Shown piece after piece: positions 9,699-19,814 of a DNA stretch of 64,000 bases. Location of the stretch: NCBI GenBank assembly GCA_963776245.1, contig CAVZLN010000006.1, positions 160,001 through 224,000 of the forward strand, given 5' to 3'. Source of the DNA: Candidatus Eiseniibacteriota bacterium (lineage in GTDB: Bacteria; Eisenbacteria; RBG-16-71-46). The notes beneath the pieces were generated by a model. It saw only the letters and a program-made list of their open reading frames with translations, did not search any database and was not told where the DNA came from. Both the position numbers and the translations under genes were made by a program. Within the stretch, counting starts at the first letter, position 1. Each line of letters starts with the position of its first letter.

Positions 9699-12692
9699 CT
9701 AGCGGATGACCACGAACTTGCCGCGCTGAGTGCCCTGACCTGAATCGACCGTGAAGATGTAGATCCCGCTGACGATGTCCTGCCCGTTCCTGGAGATCAG
9801 GTTCCAGCGCGCCTGGCCGTCGCTCGGGTTGTCCTGCTGGCGATTGTATCCCGGCCTCGACACGCCCTGAGCGTCCAGGATGTGCGGGCGGAGGGACTCG
9901 TTCACCGAATCCGTCGACCTGATCGTCTGCACCAGGTCTCCGGACACCGTATAGATCCGGATGGTCCAATCGCCCGGCGGCAGACCCAGGAAGTCCACGT
10001 GCGTGCCCGTGGGGTCGGTCGCATTCGGGACCAGATCCCAACTCGAAGGACGCTGGGCGACGTTGGCGTAGCCGCGGTAGGGATTCGGCACCACCCACAC
10101 GCTCTTGCCGGTGCGCGTGCCGAACTGCGGCACCACCCCCTCGGCCTCCACGCCGGAGCGGCGGCCGCTGAGCTCGGCCTTGCTGGAGCCGACCCCGGTC
10201 GAATCGAACGCGGTCACCGAGTAGAAGTACATGAATCCGTTCTTCACGTCGCGGTCCACGAACCGATACCGGCCGACGGGATAGCGGATGACGGTGTCCG
10301 GGATGCAGGGATCCGCGCCGGCCCGGCAGCCGGTCCCGCGCGCACAGGAGTCCCCCGCCGCCTCACAGCCGAGGTCGGTCGGCCGGATGACGGTGCCGGT
10401 CTGACGGTCCCACAGATCGCCGCGCTGGAGGCAGACCGGGACCGTCGCCGGCCCGCGGACGCCGGTCGCGGGATCGAGCCAGTTCGGGATGTACATCGAC
10501 GGGCAGAGCGTGTCCCCGTTCGCCGCACGATACCGATTGTCCGGGATCGGGGCGCCGTTGCTGGCCCGATAGTCGAACTTGCGGAATTCCCCGATCAGCG
10601 CCCAGTCATCTTCGCCGGGCCCGGGCGAACCCACCGGACGCACCCAGTTCGCCACCTTCCAGAGCTTGTAGCCACGGCAGTCGAACCAGCGGGACTTCGG
10701 ATCCGGCGTGTACTCGGAGAGGTTGTCCCACGCCAGCGTCACCATCCGGTCCCCCGCCGCGATCACCAGCCGATCGGGGTTGTCGGAGTAGTTGTACTTG
10801 GCCGCCAGGTTGGTGTTCGGGTTCGGGGGCGGTGCTTCGGCGTTCCAGACCTTGTGGAACCACCCTCCGCCCTCGCTGGGAACGAACACGCCCGTGCAGT
10901 AATCGCAGTCCATGTCGAACCAGCGGTACTGGTTCGAATCGACGAACTCCGTGCGCGCCTCGCTGCCGCGCGCCTCGCAGGCGGGCTCGGTGACCGGGGT
11001 CGCGATCGTGCCGAGGGCCCCGATCTTCCCGGTCTCGCGACCGTGATTGTTGGTCTGCGGGTAGGTGTTGCGCAGCTCGTAGATGCCCTCGAACGCCACC
11101 TGGGCCGAGATCGCGTTGTCGAGGCTCAGGAAGCTCCGCTGCAGATCCGACATCGAGACGCGCTTGAGCTGCTTGTCCCGGTCCTCCCAGTAGGTGTCGT
11201 ACGCGATCTGGTACTTGAGCGCGTCGGCGTAGCGGCCGGTCCGGATGCCGAACGCGATGGTCGCGCTCACATGGGCACCGGAAGCCACGCTCAGCCACGG
11301 CCCGACCGAGCACCACTGGACGTAATCGCCCTTCTGGTCACCGGGCAGGGCGGTGATCCAGCCGTTGACCGCGGGGTCGGCCGGATCGTCGCTGGGCTTC
11401 TCGGAGACCGCCACGTTCTCCTTGCTCGACATGAACTCGTACTTCTGCTGATCGGTCGTCGGATTGCCACCCTGCACGTACGGGGTGCCCGAGATGAACG
11501 AACGGAACGCGCGGAAGCCCACGCGCCACGGCCCCGTGGTGCCCAGCGGATCGATGGTGTGATCGATGAGGAGGAACGACGGGATGCCCGGGGTGCGCCC
11601 GTCGTCGCCATCGTCATCGGCGTCCGAGAAGCCGTTGATCCGGATCTTGAGGTCCCGGCACAGCGGCTCCCCCGGGGCGATGATGTGCGTGGCGTCGAGG
11701 CGCTGACCATCCAGCTCGGGCAGGTGGTTCGCCTGCCGGCGTCGGTCCTGGAGATCGAGCGGGATCTTGAACTCGCCATGCGGGTAGGCCGGCAGGTCGA
11801 AGTCGTCCTGGTAGAAGTTCGACACCGCGAGCGGACCGGCGTCGATGTCCACCAGCCAGCCGATGTAGAGGCTGTCGAGGACGTGGCCGGACCGGTTGTA
11901 GATGTTGTACTCGATCACGTTGAAGTCGGTGAATCCCGGGATCGAGTAGGCCCAGGCCAGCTGGCGGCACTCGAGGCCGAGGGGCACGTGCTTCTCGGCG
12001 GCGGACGCGGCGATCGCCTGCGGCGTGTCGTCCCGCACCACCAGCGAGTACATCTGCTGGCCCAGCGCGCCGAAGTCCTCGTCGACCTTGCCATCGCCGT
12101 CGTTGTCGCGCCCGTCGAGGAAGTCCTCGTCGATGTAGTCCGGCCCGAAGTTCCCGACCCGGTCGGGCCCGTCACCGTCGTCGTTGAAGTACCGCTGGCC
12201 ATTGATGACGCCGTCGTAGGCGCGGTAGATCTTGTCCTCGGGCTGGAGGGTGGCGGGGCGCCACTCGAGCAGGTAGGACACGCGCCGCAGGCTGAGCGGG
12301 TCGCTCGCGAGCGGGTTCACGGCGCCGACCGAGAGGCGGATGCTGCTCAGGTACTCGATCCCGGAGGCGCCGGGCCACTGGGCGCTGGGGTCGGAGGAGA
12401 ATTGGGTGAACAGGTTCCCCACGTGGCCCCAGTTGGTGATCTTCATGTAGATGTTGCCCACATTGAGCACCGCGCCGGGCCCGAAGATGTCGGGGATGTC
12501 GTTGGGCTGCACGCGCCCGCTGCCGCCGACATGGAAGTACTCGGGCATCGCGCTCCGAACGCCCTCCATGGTGAGCCCATCGGGGTCCGCCTTCCCGGGC
12601 GTGAGCTCCCCGTCCTGCCCCCGGGCGGGAAGTGCCAGCGCCGCGATCAGCGCCAACACCGCCAGGGTGGTCTGGCCTCGCAGGTTCGTCAT
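9699..12692 (-). CDS. Large secreted protein with Asp-rich Ca-binding-like loops and T9SS-like C-terminal domain
   Basis: Signal peptide; NDDGDG..IDEDFLDGRDNDGDGKVDED; VKNGFMYFYSVTAFD; CTD VWVVPNPY...IRIYTVSGDLV...WNLISRNGQDIVSGIYIF...GKFVVIR. Confidence 0.75.
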   Translation of the reverse strand: MTNLRGQTTLAVLALIAALALPARGQDGELTPGKADPDGLTMEGVRSAMPEYFHVGGSGRVQPNDIPDIFGPGAVLNVGNIYMKITNWGHVGNLFTQFSSDPSAQWPGASGIEYLSSIRLSVGAVNPLASDPLSLRRVSYLLEWRPATLQPEDKIYRAYDGVINGQRYFNDDGDGPDRVGNFGPDYIDEDFLDGRDNDGDGKVDEDFGALGQQMYSLVVRDDTPQAIAASAAEKHVPLGLECRQLAWAYSIPGFTDFNVIEYNIYNRSGHVLDSLYIGWLVDIDAGPLAVSNFYQDDFDLPAYPHGEFKIPLDLQDRRRQANHLPELDGQRLDATHIIAPGEPLCRDLKIRINGFSDADDDGDDGRTPGIPSFLLIDHTIDPLGTTGPWRVGFRAFRSFISGTPYVQGGNPTTDQQKYEFMSSKENVAVSEKPSDDPADPAVNGWITALPGDQKGDYVQWCSVGPWLSVASGAHVSATIAFGIRTGRYADALKYQIAYDTYWEDRDKQLKRVSMSDLQRSFLSLDNAISAQVAFEGIYELRNTYPQTNNHGRETGKIGALGTIATPVTEPACEARGSEARTEFVDSNQYRWFDMDCDYCTGVFVPSEGGGWFHKVWNAEAPPPNPNTNLAAKYNYSDNPDRLVIAAGDRMVTLAWDNLSEYTPDPKSRWFDCRGYKLWKVANWVRPVGSPGPGEDDWALIGEFRKFDYRASNGAPIPDNRYRAANGDTLCPSMYIPNWLDPATGVRGPATVPVCLQRGDLWDRQTGTVIRPTDLGCEAAGDSCARGTGCRAGADPCIPDTVIRYPVGRYRFVDRDVKNGFMYFYSVTAFDSTGVGSSKAELSGRRSGVEAEGVVPQFGTRTGKSVWVVPNPYRGYANVAQRPSSWDLVPNATDPTGTHVDFLGLPPGDWTIRIYTVSGDLVQTIRSTDSVNESLRPHILDAQGVSRPGYNRQQDNPSDGQARWNLISRNGQDIVSGIYIFTVDSGQGTQRGKFVVIR

Positions 12693-12724
12693 CGTTCCCC
12701 TCATGTTCCCTCGCCCGGTCCGGG

Positions 12725-15646
12725 TCAGAACGTGATGCTCACGCCCATGCGGACGTTGCGCCCTTCGTCGAACACGCGTGGATCGCGCACCGGCACCCAG
12801 TCGAGGACCGAGTCCCCGTTGATGTCCTGGAGGTAGGCGCCACCCGCACGTCCCGTCTCGGTGTAGTAGATCGTGTAGTCGTCACCCGCCGTGTTCACGT
12901 TCGGATTGCCGCCGCCGCCCAGGGTGAGGTTGTTGATGTTCTTGGCATCGAGCACGTTCCGCGCGTCGAAGAACAGCGTCACGTTCTGTCCCCACACCTT
13001 GTAGTACTTGTCGCCGTCCAGCGTCAGGCGCGCCTGGGACGGGAGCCGGCGGGAGTTGTCGAGCGCGGGATCCGGGCGGCGGTCGTTGCGGAACGCCGGC
13101 GTGAACGGGAAGCCCGACCCGTAGGTCCACAGCATCCGCATGCCCCAGCGGCCGGGGTCGCGCACCACGGCCTGGACGCTCACGGTGTGGCGCTGGTCCC
13201 ATTCGAGCGGCTTCTCGCTGATCGGCAGGTAGAGCCGGCCGCCGTTGTAGAACTGCTGCGCCGAGTTCGGGTCCGACGCCACCCCGGTGGCGAGCGAGTA
13301 CGTGTAGTTCACCTCGGTCGAGAACTTGTGGCTGAAGCTCTTGATGATGCTGGCCTCGAAGCCGCGCGACGACGCGTAGTCCCCGTTGCGATACGAACTC
13401 ACCGGATTGCCGGCCTCGTCAGCCTCCTGGCGCACCGTGATGAGACCGTAGATGTCCTTGAAGAACACCGAGAACTGTCCCGACACGTCGCGCGAGAACA
13501 GGTGCTGCATGCTGGCCTGGTACTGGATGTTGGTCTCGGGTGCGAGGTCCGGATTGCCGCGCACCGCCACCGACGAGCTGATCCCGCGGTTCTCGAACAC
13601 GAAGTTGCGCGACGGCGTCTGGTAGGTCCACCCGTAGTGGAACGAGAGCACGTCCTTGTCCGAGATCGGGTACGCGATGCCGAGGCGCGGGCTGAACTGC
13701 TGCTTGTTGCGCTTGCCCGAGGGCAGGTCGGAGTCCTGCACCTGGAGGCCGGGCGTGAACCAGTCGAAGCGCACCCCTGCGTTCAGCACCAGCCCTTCGA
13801 ACTCCCAGCGGTCCTGCAGGTAGGTGGCGCCTTCGGGGTTGTAGTTGATGAAGTCCGAGCGCGCGCCGCCGGGGAGGCCGTTGCTCTCCGAGTTGGGCAC
13901 GATCAGGCTCAGGTTCTGGACCCGGTTGTACTTGCCCTCGAGGCCCACCTTCAGGGTGTGGTTCTTGAACTTCCGGGTCGAGAAATCGCTCTTCACGGTG
14001 TAGGTCGCCGCGTCGCGGCGGAACCAGGCCGGGACGTCGCCGTGGGTGGCGAAGTACGGGTTGTTCTCGGTCCCGATCTGGGTGTTGCCGCTCCAGTAGT
14101 ACGGGCTCTCGGTGTCGTACTGCCACGGCTCCTTGCCGGCCACCGCGGAGAGCGTGCGGAAGCGCAGGCTCGACATGCGCGTGGTCCAGACGCTCTTCTC
14201 CGAGAGCTGGCTGGTCCAGACGCCGGTGAACTGCTGGAAGCGGTCGTCCACCGTGGGGACGTGATCGGGCATGTTCTGCGCCACGAACGTCGAGTCGAGC
14301 GGCAGGAACGACCAGGTGCCGTAACGCGGGTTGTACCGGTCCGGCTGGCCGGCGACCCGCACCGTGTCGTACGTCACCTTCACGTAGCCCTTGCGGCTCC
14401 ACATGTGATCGTAGCGCGTCGAGATGGTGCGGTTGTTCACGGTCTCGAGCGTGAGCTTGTTCTTCGGATTGAGCCGGTAGGCCAGCTTGAAGTTGGTGTT
14501 GACCTGGTTGTTCTGGCGGTTGCCCAGGGTGATGAAGTCGAGGTACGTGCGCTTCGGACGGGTCAGCGTCGAGCGCAGGTAGGTGTCGGTGAACGAGCCC
14601 TCGTAGGTCGCGAAGTAGGTCAGGTTCTTGACCGGGGTCGGACCGCCGAAGCCGAAGGTGAAGCGGTCGTAGTTGTTGAACGTCTTGGTCGGGTCGCCGT
14701 ACCGGTCGGTGTCCCACCGCACCTCGCCGCCGAGGCGGTCGGTGCCTTCCTTGGTCTGCAGGCTCACCACGCCCGAGAGCGCGTTGCCGTACTCGGCGTC
14801 GAACCCGCCGGAGAGCACCTCGGCGCCCGCGACCGCGAGGCTGGCGATCCCGGCGCTGCGGCCGAACAGCGGATCGGACACCTCGACGCCGTCGAACTGG
14901 AACTTCACCTCGCCGCCGCGGCCGCCCCGGAAGTGGAGCTCGCCGCCCTGGGCCACGATGCCGGCCTTCACGGCGACCGCTTCCCGCACGTTGTCCACCG
15001 GGATCTCGCGCAGCCGCTCGGCGGTGATGTTCTGCTTCGTGGAGGACGACTTGGTGTCGATCGGCTTCTGCGCGGTGACGTCGATGGTCTCGAACGTCTT
15101 GACCACGTTCTGCCCGCCGAGCTTGAAGTCCAAGGTGGAGGTCTGACCGGCGTTGACCTGCACCTCGCGGATCTGCTTGTCGTAGCCGGTCGCCATCACC
15201 TGGACCTGCACCGTCCCCACCGCGATCCCGGGGATCACGAACTTGCCGTTCTCGTCCGTGGCGGTGCCCTGCTTGGTGCCGAGGATGATGACGTTGACGT
15301 AGGCCGCGGGGCCACCGGGCTCGGAGACCGTGCCCATGATCTTGCCGAACGCGCTGGCGACCGCTGCGGCAGGCCGGGCGGGTGCCGCCGCGGGCGCCGG
15401 CCGTGAGGGAGTCACCGCGGGCGTCGTCGTCGCGGGCTTGGCGGGCGCCGGGGCGCCGGGCTTGGCGGGCACCGCAGCCCCGGGCTTGGCGGGCGCAGGA
15501 GTGCCGGGCTTGGCGGGAGCGGTGGCGGGCTTCGCGGCCGGCTTCGTGGCCGGCTTGGTCTGCCCAGCGACCGGAGGAGCGACCAGCACGAGTCCCAGCG
15601 CGAGGGCCAGGAGCCCGTTCAGCAAACGCCTGCCATCAGTCCACAT
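12725..15646 (-). CDS. TonB-dependent receptor with carboxypeptidase-regulatory-like N-domain
   Basis: GTATDENGKFVI, LHFRGGRGGEV, SGGFDAEYGNALSGVV plug, FSPRLGIAYPI, GNPDLAPE, C-terminal F; start codon uncertain. Confidence 0.9.
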   Translation of the reverse strand: MWTDGRRLLNGLLALALGLVLVAPPVAGQTKPATKPAAKPATAPAKPGTPAPAKPGAAVPAKPGAPAPAKPATTTPAVTPSRPAPAAAPARPAAAVASAFGKIMGTVSEPGGPAAYVNVIILGTKQGTATDENGKFVIPGIAVGTVQVQVMATGYDKQIREVQVNAGQTSTLDFKLGGQNVVKTFETIDVTAQKPIDTKSSSTKQNITAERLREIPVDNVREAVAVKAGIVAQGGELHFRGGRGGEVKFQFDGVEVSDPLFGRSAGIASLAVAGAEVLSGGFDAEYGNALSGVVSLQTKEGTDRLGGEVRWDTDRYGDPTKTFNNYDRFTFGFGGPTPVKNLTYFATYEGSFTDTYLRSTLTRPKRTYLDFITLGNRQNNQVNTNFKLAYRLNPKNKLTLETVNNRTISTRYDHMWSRKGYVKVTYDTVRVAGQPDRYNPRYGTWSFLPLDSTFVAQNMPDHVPTVDDRFQQFTGVWTSQLSEKSVWTTRMSSLRFRTLSAVAGKEPWQYDTESPYYWSGNTQIGTENNPYFATHGDVPAWFRRDAATYTVKSDFSTRKFKNHTLKVGLEGKYNRVQNLSLIVPNSESNGLPGGARSDFINYNPEGATYLQDRWEFEGLVLNAGVRFDWFTPGLQVQDSDLPSGKRNKQQFSPRLGIAYPISDKDVLSFHYGWTYQTPSRNFVFENRGISSSVAVRGNPDLAPETNIQYQASMQHLFSRDVSGQFSVFFKDIYGLITVRQEADEAGNPVSSYRNGDYASSRGFEASIIKSFSHKFSTEVNYTYSLATGVASDPNSAQQFYNGGRLYLPISEKPLEWDQRHTVSVQAVVRDPGRWGMRMLWTYGSGFPFTPAFRNDRRPDPALDNSRRLPSQARLTLDGDKYYKVWGQNVTLFFDARNVLDAKNINNLTLGGGGNPNVNTAGDDYTIYYTETGRAGGAYLQDINGDSVLDWVPVRDPRVFDEGRNVRMGVSITF
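15430..15560 (-). repeat. Coding low-complexity repeat (PAKP units) in the TBDR N-terminus
   Basis: Repeated GGGCTTGGCGGG on + strand; peptide KPATKPAAKPATAPAKPGTPAPAKPGAAVPAKPGAPAPAKP. Confidence 0.8.
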
Positions 15647-15976
15647 GCGACTCGACCTCATGCGAAGGTGAAGAATCCGCGCCACGGAGCCTGGAACCGG
15701 ACGGAGCAACATGCCAGCGCGTGGGACGCCTGTCAATCGACTTCGCCACGCCAACTCTCCGCAGGGCCGGGAGTTAGTCACATCGAACGGCACTGCGGGT
15801 GAGACCCGAAGTGGTTCGGCGCAGCGTGTCGATCGGTGATCGGTTTCGCGGGTGGGCCATGAAGCGCGGGAACAGGCGGACACGCCGGTACCCGGCAATG
15901 CCCTACGCCCTGTCGTAGAGGAATATCCTTCCCATCCTCGCGCTTTGTCAAGCATGTTCTTGCGCCACGGCGCCCC

Positions 15977-17611
15977 TCAGAATTCCCAGCGGATCTGCGC
16001 CGCGAGCTGCTGCCGCGCGGAGCGCGGCACCGCCGGATCGCCGAAGTCGGCCTGGACGAAGTCGATGACGTAGCCGGACTCCACCGCCCAGTCGGCGCGC
16101 GCCGGCCGGAGCCCGAGCCCGAGCGTCATCGAGTGGGTCACGTACTCGTTCATCCGGGTGAAATCGTCCCGGTCCTCCCAGCGGTAGATGTACCCGCCGC
16201 GGACGGTCACGACCGGGTTGAGCGGCACCTCGAGCCCACTGCGCACGTCCCAGCCCAGCGCCTTCGGCCCGAGCCCGCCGATGTCGTTCTGGGACAGGTC
16301 CTGCCAGGTGTGGAACTCGACGCCGGCCTGCGCGTGGTGCGGCAGCCGGGTCCACGCCAGACCACCGGACGCCTCCCACGAGCGCTGCTCGGTGATCACG
16401 TCCGCGATGCTGTCGGGCACCGCGAGGGTATCGGTGTTGAAGTGGTAGTAGAGCGTGTTACGGAGGAAGTAGTTGTACGACGTGACATCGTCGGGGCCAG
16501 GGGCCCGCATCTTGACCTGGCGGTAGCCGGTGGTCAGGCCGGCGCCCAGCCGGAGCCCGCCCTGGGTCCAGCGCGCGCGACCGCGCAGCGCCGTGCCTTC
16601 CTCGTCCCGCGTGAAGGAGATGCCGCGCCCGGTGAACGGGATGGCCCGTGCGCCCGCCGAGATGGTGAACAGGTACTTCCCCTCCGAGACCACCGTCCAG
16701 CCGCGTCCGTCCACCCCGTACTGCAGATGGGGCCCGAGCCGGCCGACCATCGAGAGCTGGCCCTGCTGATAGGGCCGGTCCTCGCCGACCTGGCTGAAAT
16801 AGCGGTTGCCACTGTTCTCGCTGCGGATCCGGTGCTGCACCAGGTCGTACCCGGCGGCGGCCGCGAGGGCGCTGCCGAAGTCGTACGACAGCGCCGCGCC
16901 GCCCCCGAGCCGGTTGTCCCGCACGTCGTCCGGCGTGAACAACACCGGTGGATTGACCTGATTGCCATCCCGATCGAGCCACTGTCCGGTGGGATTGGAC
17001 ACGACCTGGCGGAACTGATCGGTCCGCGCCTCGGCGGCGTAGTGGACCCGCAGCGCGAAGCGCATGCGCGGGATGTGCACCCCGGGCAGCGGCCCGCTCA
17101 CGATGCCCTGCACGCTCGGCAGACGGAAGGCCTGGCGCAACTCGGTGTCCTGGGAATACGGGCTATCCAGACGCAGGCTCGACAGTTCGCCGATGAACCC
17201 GAACGCGCTCACCCCATCACCCCGACGCCACGCCTCGAACCCGACGCCGGCATCGCGGGCCGCGAACGTCTGACGGACCGCCCCGGACTCCGGTCCCAGC
17301 GGTTGGTCCACGCTCGAGCTCGAGGCGGTGCGCGGGCGCAATTCGAAGGTCGATCCCGAATCGGCGGCGTAGATGCCGGTGGGATTCCCCGCGAAGTCCC
17401 ACATCGTGAACCGCGTGTGCTCGTCATCGACCACCAGCTCGAGCCTGCCGAGCCCGAGCAGACGCGGGCTCCGCAGCAGCGGGTCGGGAGATAGCTGCGC
17501 CGAACTGCGCGCATCCTCATAGGTCTGTGCCGAGGACTGGACTGCGAGGGCCACGGCGGCCAGTGCGGCCAGGACGAGCGCGCTCATCCAGACCCTGCGC
17601 CAAGGGTACAT
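15977..17611 (-). CDS. Putative outer-membrane beta-barrel protein, unknown function
   Basis: AAGGAG RBS, signal peptide, alternating amphipathic strands, C-terminal QIRWEF. Confidence 0.6.
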   Translation of the reverse strand: MYPWRRVWMSALVLAALAAVALAVQSSAQTYEDARSSAQLSPDPLLRSPRLLGLGRLELVVDDEHTRFTMWDFAGNPTGIYAADSGSTFELRPRTASSSSVDQPLGPESGAVRQTFAARDAGVGFEAWRRGDGVSAFGFIGELSSLRLDSPYSQDTELRQAFRLPSVQGIVSGPLPGVHIPRMRFALRVHYAAEARTDQFRQVVSNPTGQWLDRDGNQVNPPVLFTPDDVRDNRLGGGAALSYDFGSALAAAAGYDLVQHRIRSENSGNRYFSQVGEDRPYQQGQLSMVGRLGPHLQYGVDGRGWTVVSEGKYLFTISAGARAIPFTGRGISFTRDEEGTALRGRARWTQGGLRLGAGLTTGYRQVKMRAPGPDDVTSYNYFLRNTLYYHFNTDTLAVPDSIADVITEQRSWEASGGLAWTRLPHHAQAGVEFHTWQDLSQNDIGGLGPKALGWDVRSGLEVPLNPVVTVRGGYIYRWEDRDDFTRMNEYVTHSMTLGLGLRPARADWAVESGYVIDFVQADFGDPAVPRSARQQLAAQIRWEF

Positions 17612-17745
17612 GCCATCTCCTTTGTGCCGGCGTGTTGACGTGGTCATGCTCATGGCCGTGCCGGGGAAGCTCTCACGCCTGCCGGGTGAAAGTGCGCGCG
17701 GTCAACGAGGTGCGCGATGCACGGCGCGCAGATACTAGGAAGGGG

Positions 17746-18440
17746 TCACGGTGGTGTCAACCGGGGACTGACCATCGCGCGGCCTCGGCCCTTCGCCCTG
17801 CGGGCCGCCGGCGGACGGCGGGACACGCACGGGTGCCCGTCCAGCCAGAAGCGCCAGGGTCGCTCGCGGCCGAACCGGATGCCGATCCGCGGGCCGCTCA
17901 CGATCCGCCGCCCGTCGCGTCGCGGCGGCCGCGACGCGATCCACAGCGGCGGGCGCGTGAGGTCGAGCCCGTCGTGCGCCCGCGTGAGACCGAGCGCCCG
18001 CGCCACGCAGCCGGGACCGCGGGCCAGTCGCGCCGCCTCCTCCACTCCCCCGCGGCGCGCGCGCATGAACTCGAGCCCCGCGAGCGGCTCGAGCGCGCGC
18101 ACCAGCACGGCGGCGGCGCGCCCGCGCGGGCCGGTCACGAGGTTCAGGCAGTGGTGCATGCCGTAGGTGAAGTAGACGTAGGCGTGGCCGGGCGGGCCGA
18201 ACATGACGCGATTGCGCGCCGTCTCCCCGCGGTAGGCGTGGCTCGCGGGATCGCCCGCGCCGGCGTACGCCTCGACCTCGACGATCCGGCCCGCCACGCG
18301 CCCGTCCGGCGCGTCGTGCACCAGCACGCGGCCGAGCACCGCGCGCGCCACCACGCGCACGTCGCGGGCGTAGAACGCGCGCGCCAGCGGCCGGCCGAGC
18401 GCTCGTCCGCGCGCCGCGGCGCGCCGGTGCGGGCCCGCGG
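17746..18440 (-). CDS. mpg: DNA-3-methyladenine glycosylase (MPG/AAG family); start uncertain
   Basis: [52 protein letters not shown]. Confidence 0.9.
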
Positions 18441-18442
18441 GC

Positions 18443-19814
18443 TCAGTGCGCGACCGCCTCCCCGACGCCGAGCCGCCGCAGCGGCTCCATCATCATCTCC
18501 TGGATCTCCTCGAGCCGCTGCCGGGGTCCGCGCCTCGAAGCGCACCACGACGACCGGCTGCGTGTTCGACGCGCGCACCAGCCCCCAGCCGTCGCCGAAC
18601 TCGACCCGCGCGCCGTCGATGTCGATGACGCGGTAGCGCGACGCGAACTCGCGCTTGAGCACCTCGGGGATCATGAACTTCTTGTCCTCGGCGCAGGCGA
18701 GCCGCGTCTCGGGGGTGGCGAAGTAGTGCGGGATGGAGTCCACCAGTCGCGCGAAGCTCTGCCCCGACGCGGCCACGTAGCGCAGCAGGCGGCCGGCCGC
18801 GAACAGCGCGTCGTCGAAGCCGAAGAAGCCCTCGCTGAAGAACATGTGCCCCGACATCTCGCCCGCGAGCGGCGCGCCCGGTCTCGTGGAGCTGCTCTTG
18901 ATGAGCGAGTGCCCGGTCTTCCACATCACCGGGCGGCCGCCGTGCGCGGCGATGTCCTCGGCCAGCGCCTGCGAGCACTTCACGTCGAAGATGATCTCGG
19001 CCCCCGGCACGCGGTCGAGCACGTCGCGCGCGAACAGCGCCAGCAGCTGGTCGCCGGACACGATGCGCCCGTTCGAGTCCACCGCGCCGATGCGGTCGGC
19101 GTCGCCGTCGAAGCCGATGCCGAGGTCGGCGCCCTGGCGGCCCACCTCGGCGATGCAGGTCCACGAGCAGCGCCGGGCACGGTCGGGTCGGGCAGGTGGT
19201 TCGGGAAGGTGCCCGTCGAGCTCGGCGAACAGCGGGATCACGGTGTGCCCCATCGCCTCGAACACCTGCGGCACCACGGTGCCGGCGCAGCCGTTGCCGC
19301 AGTCCATCACGACCTTCAGGCCGCGCGGGCTCGTCAGCGCTCGATCAGCATCGCGCGGTACTCGTCGAGGATCGGGCGGTCGGAGGCCCCGCCCGTCCCG
19401 CTCTCGAACGTGCCGGACTCGATCATGCGCGATCATCGCCTGGATCTCGGCGCCGAACAGCGGCAGCTTGCGCTTGGTCATCTTGAAGCCGTTGAACTCG
19501 GGCGGATTGTGGCTGCCGGTGATCTGCATGCCGCCGTCCAGCCCGCGCGACGCCACCGCGTAGTAGAGCGCGGGCGTCGGCACCACGCCGACGCGCTCGA
19601 CGGCCAGCCCCGCCGCGCGCATGCCGCGCTCGGCGGCCGCGGCGAGGCGCGGGCTCGACGGGCGCACGTCCCGGCCCAGCGCCACGCGGGTGCCGCCCTC
19701 GCGGCGGATCAGGGTCGCGAACGCGCGGCCGACCGCCTCGGCGGTCTCGTCCGTCAGCTCGGTCTCGTGGTAGCCGCGGATGTCGTACTCGCGGAAGATG
19801 TGGCGCGGGGTCAT
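18443..19814 (-). CDS. Phosphomannomutase/phosphoglucomutase, broken by several frameshifts (likely sequencing errors)
   Basis: [54 protein letters not shown]; several out-of-frame patches between motifs. Confidence 0.85.

Noticed and set aside
9882..15406. Very long plus-strand ORFs (984 aa, 924 aa) and many similar antisense or alternate-frame ORFs across the window
   Set aside because: Shadow ORFs of high-GC coding sequence: Arg/Gly/Ala-rich, no motifs, fully overlapping well-supported genes
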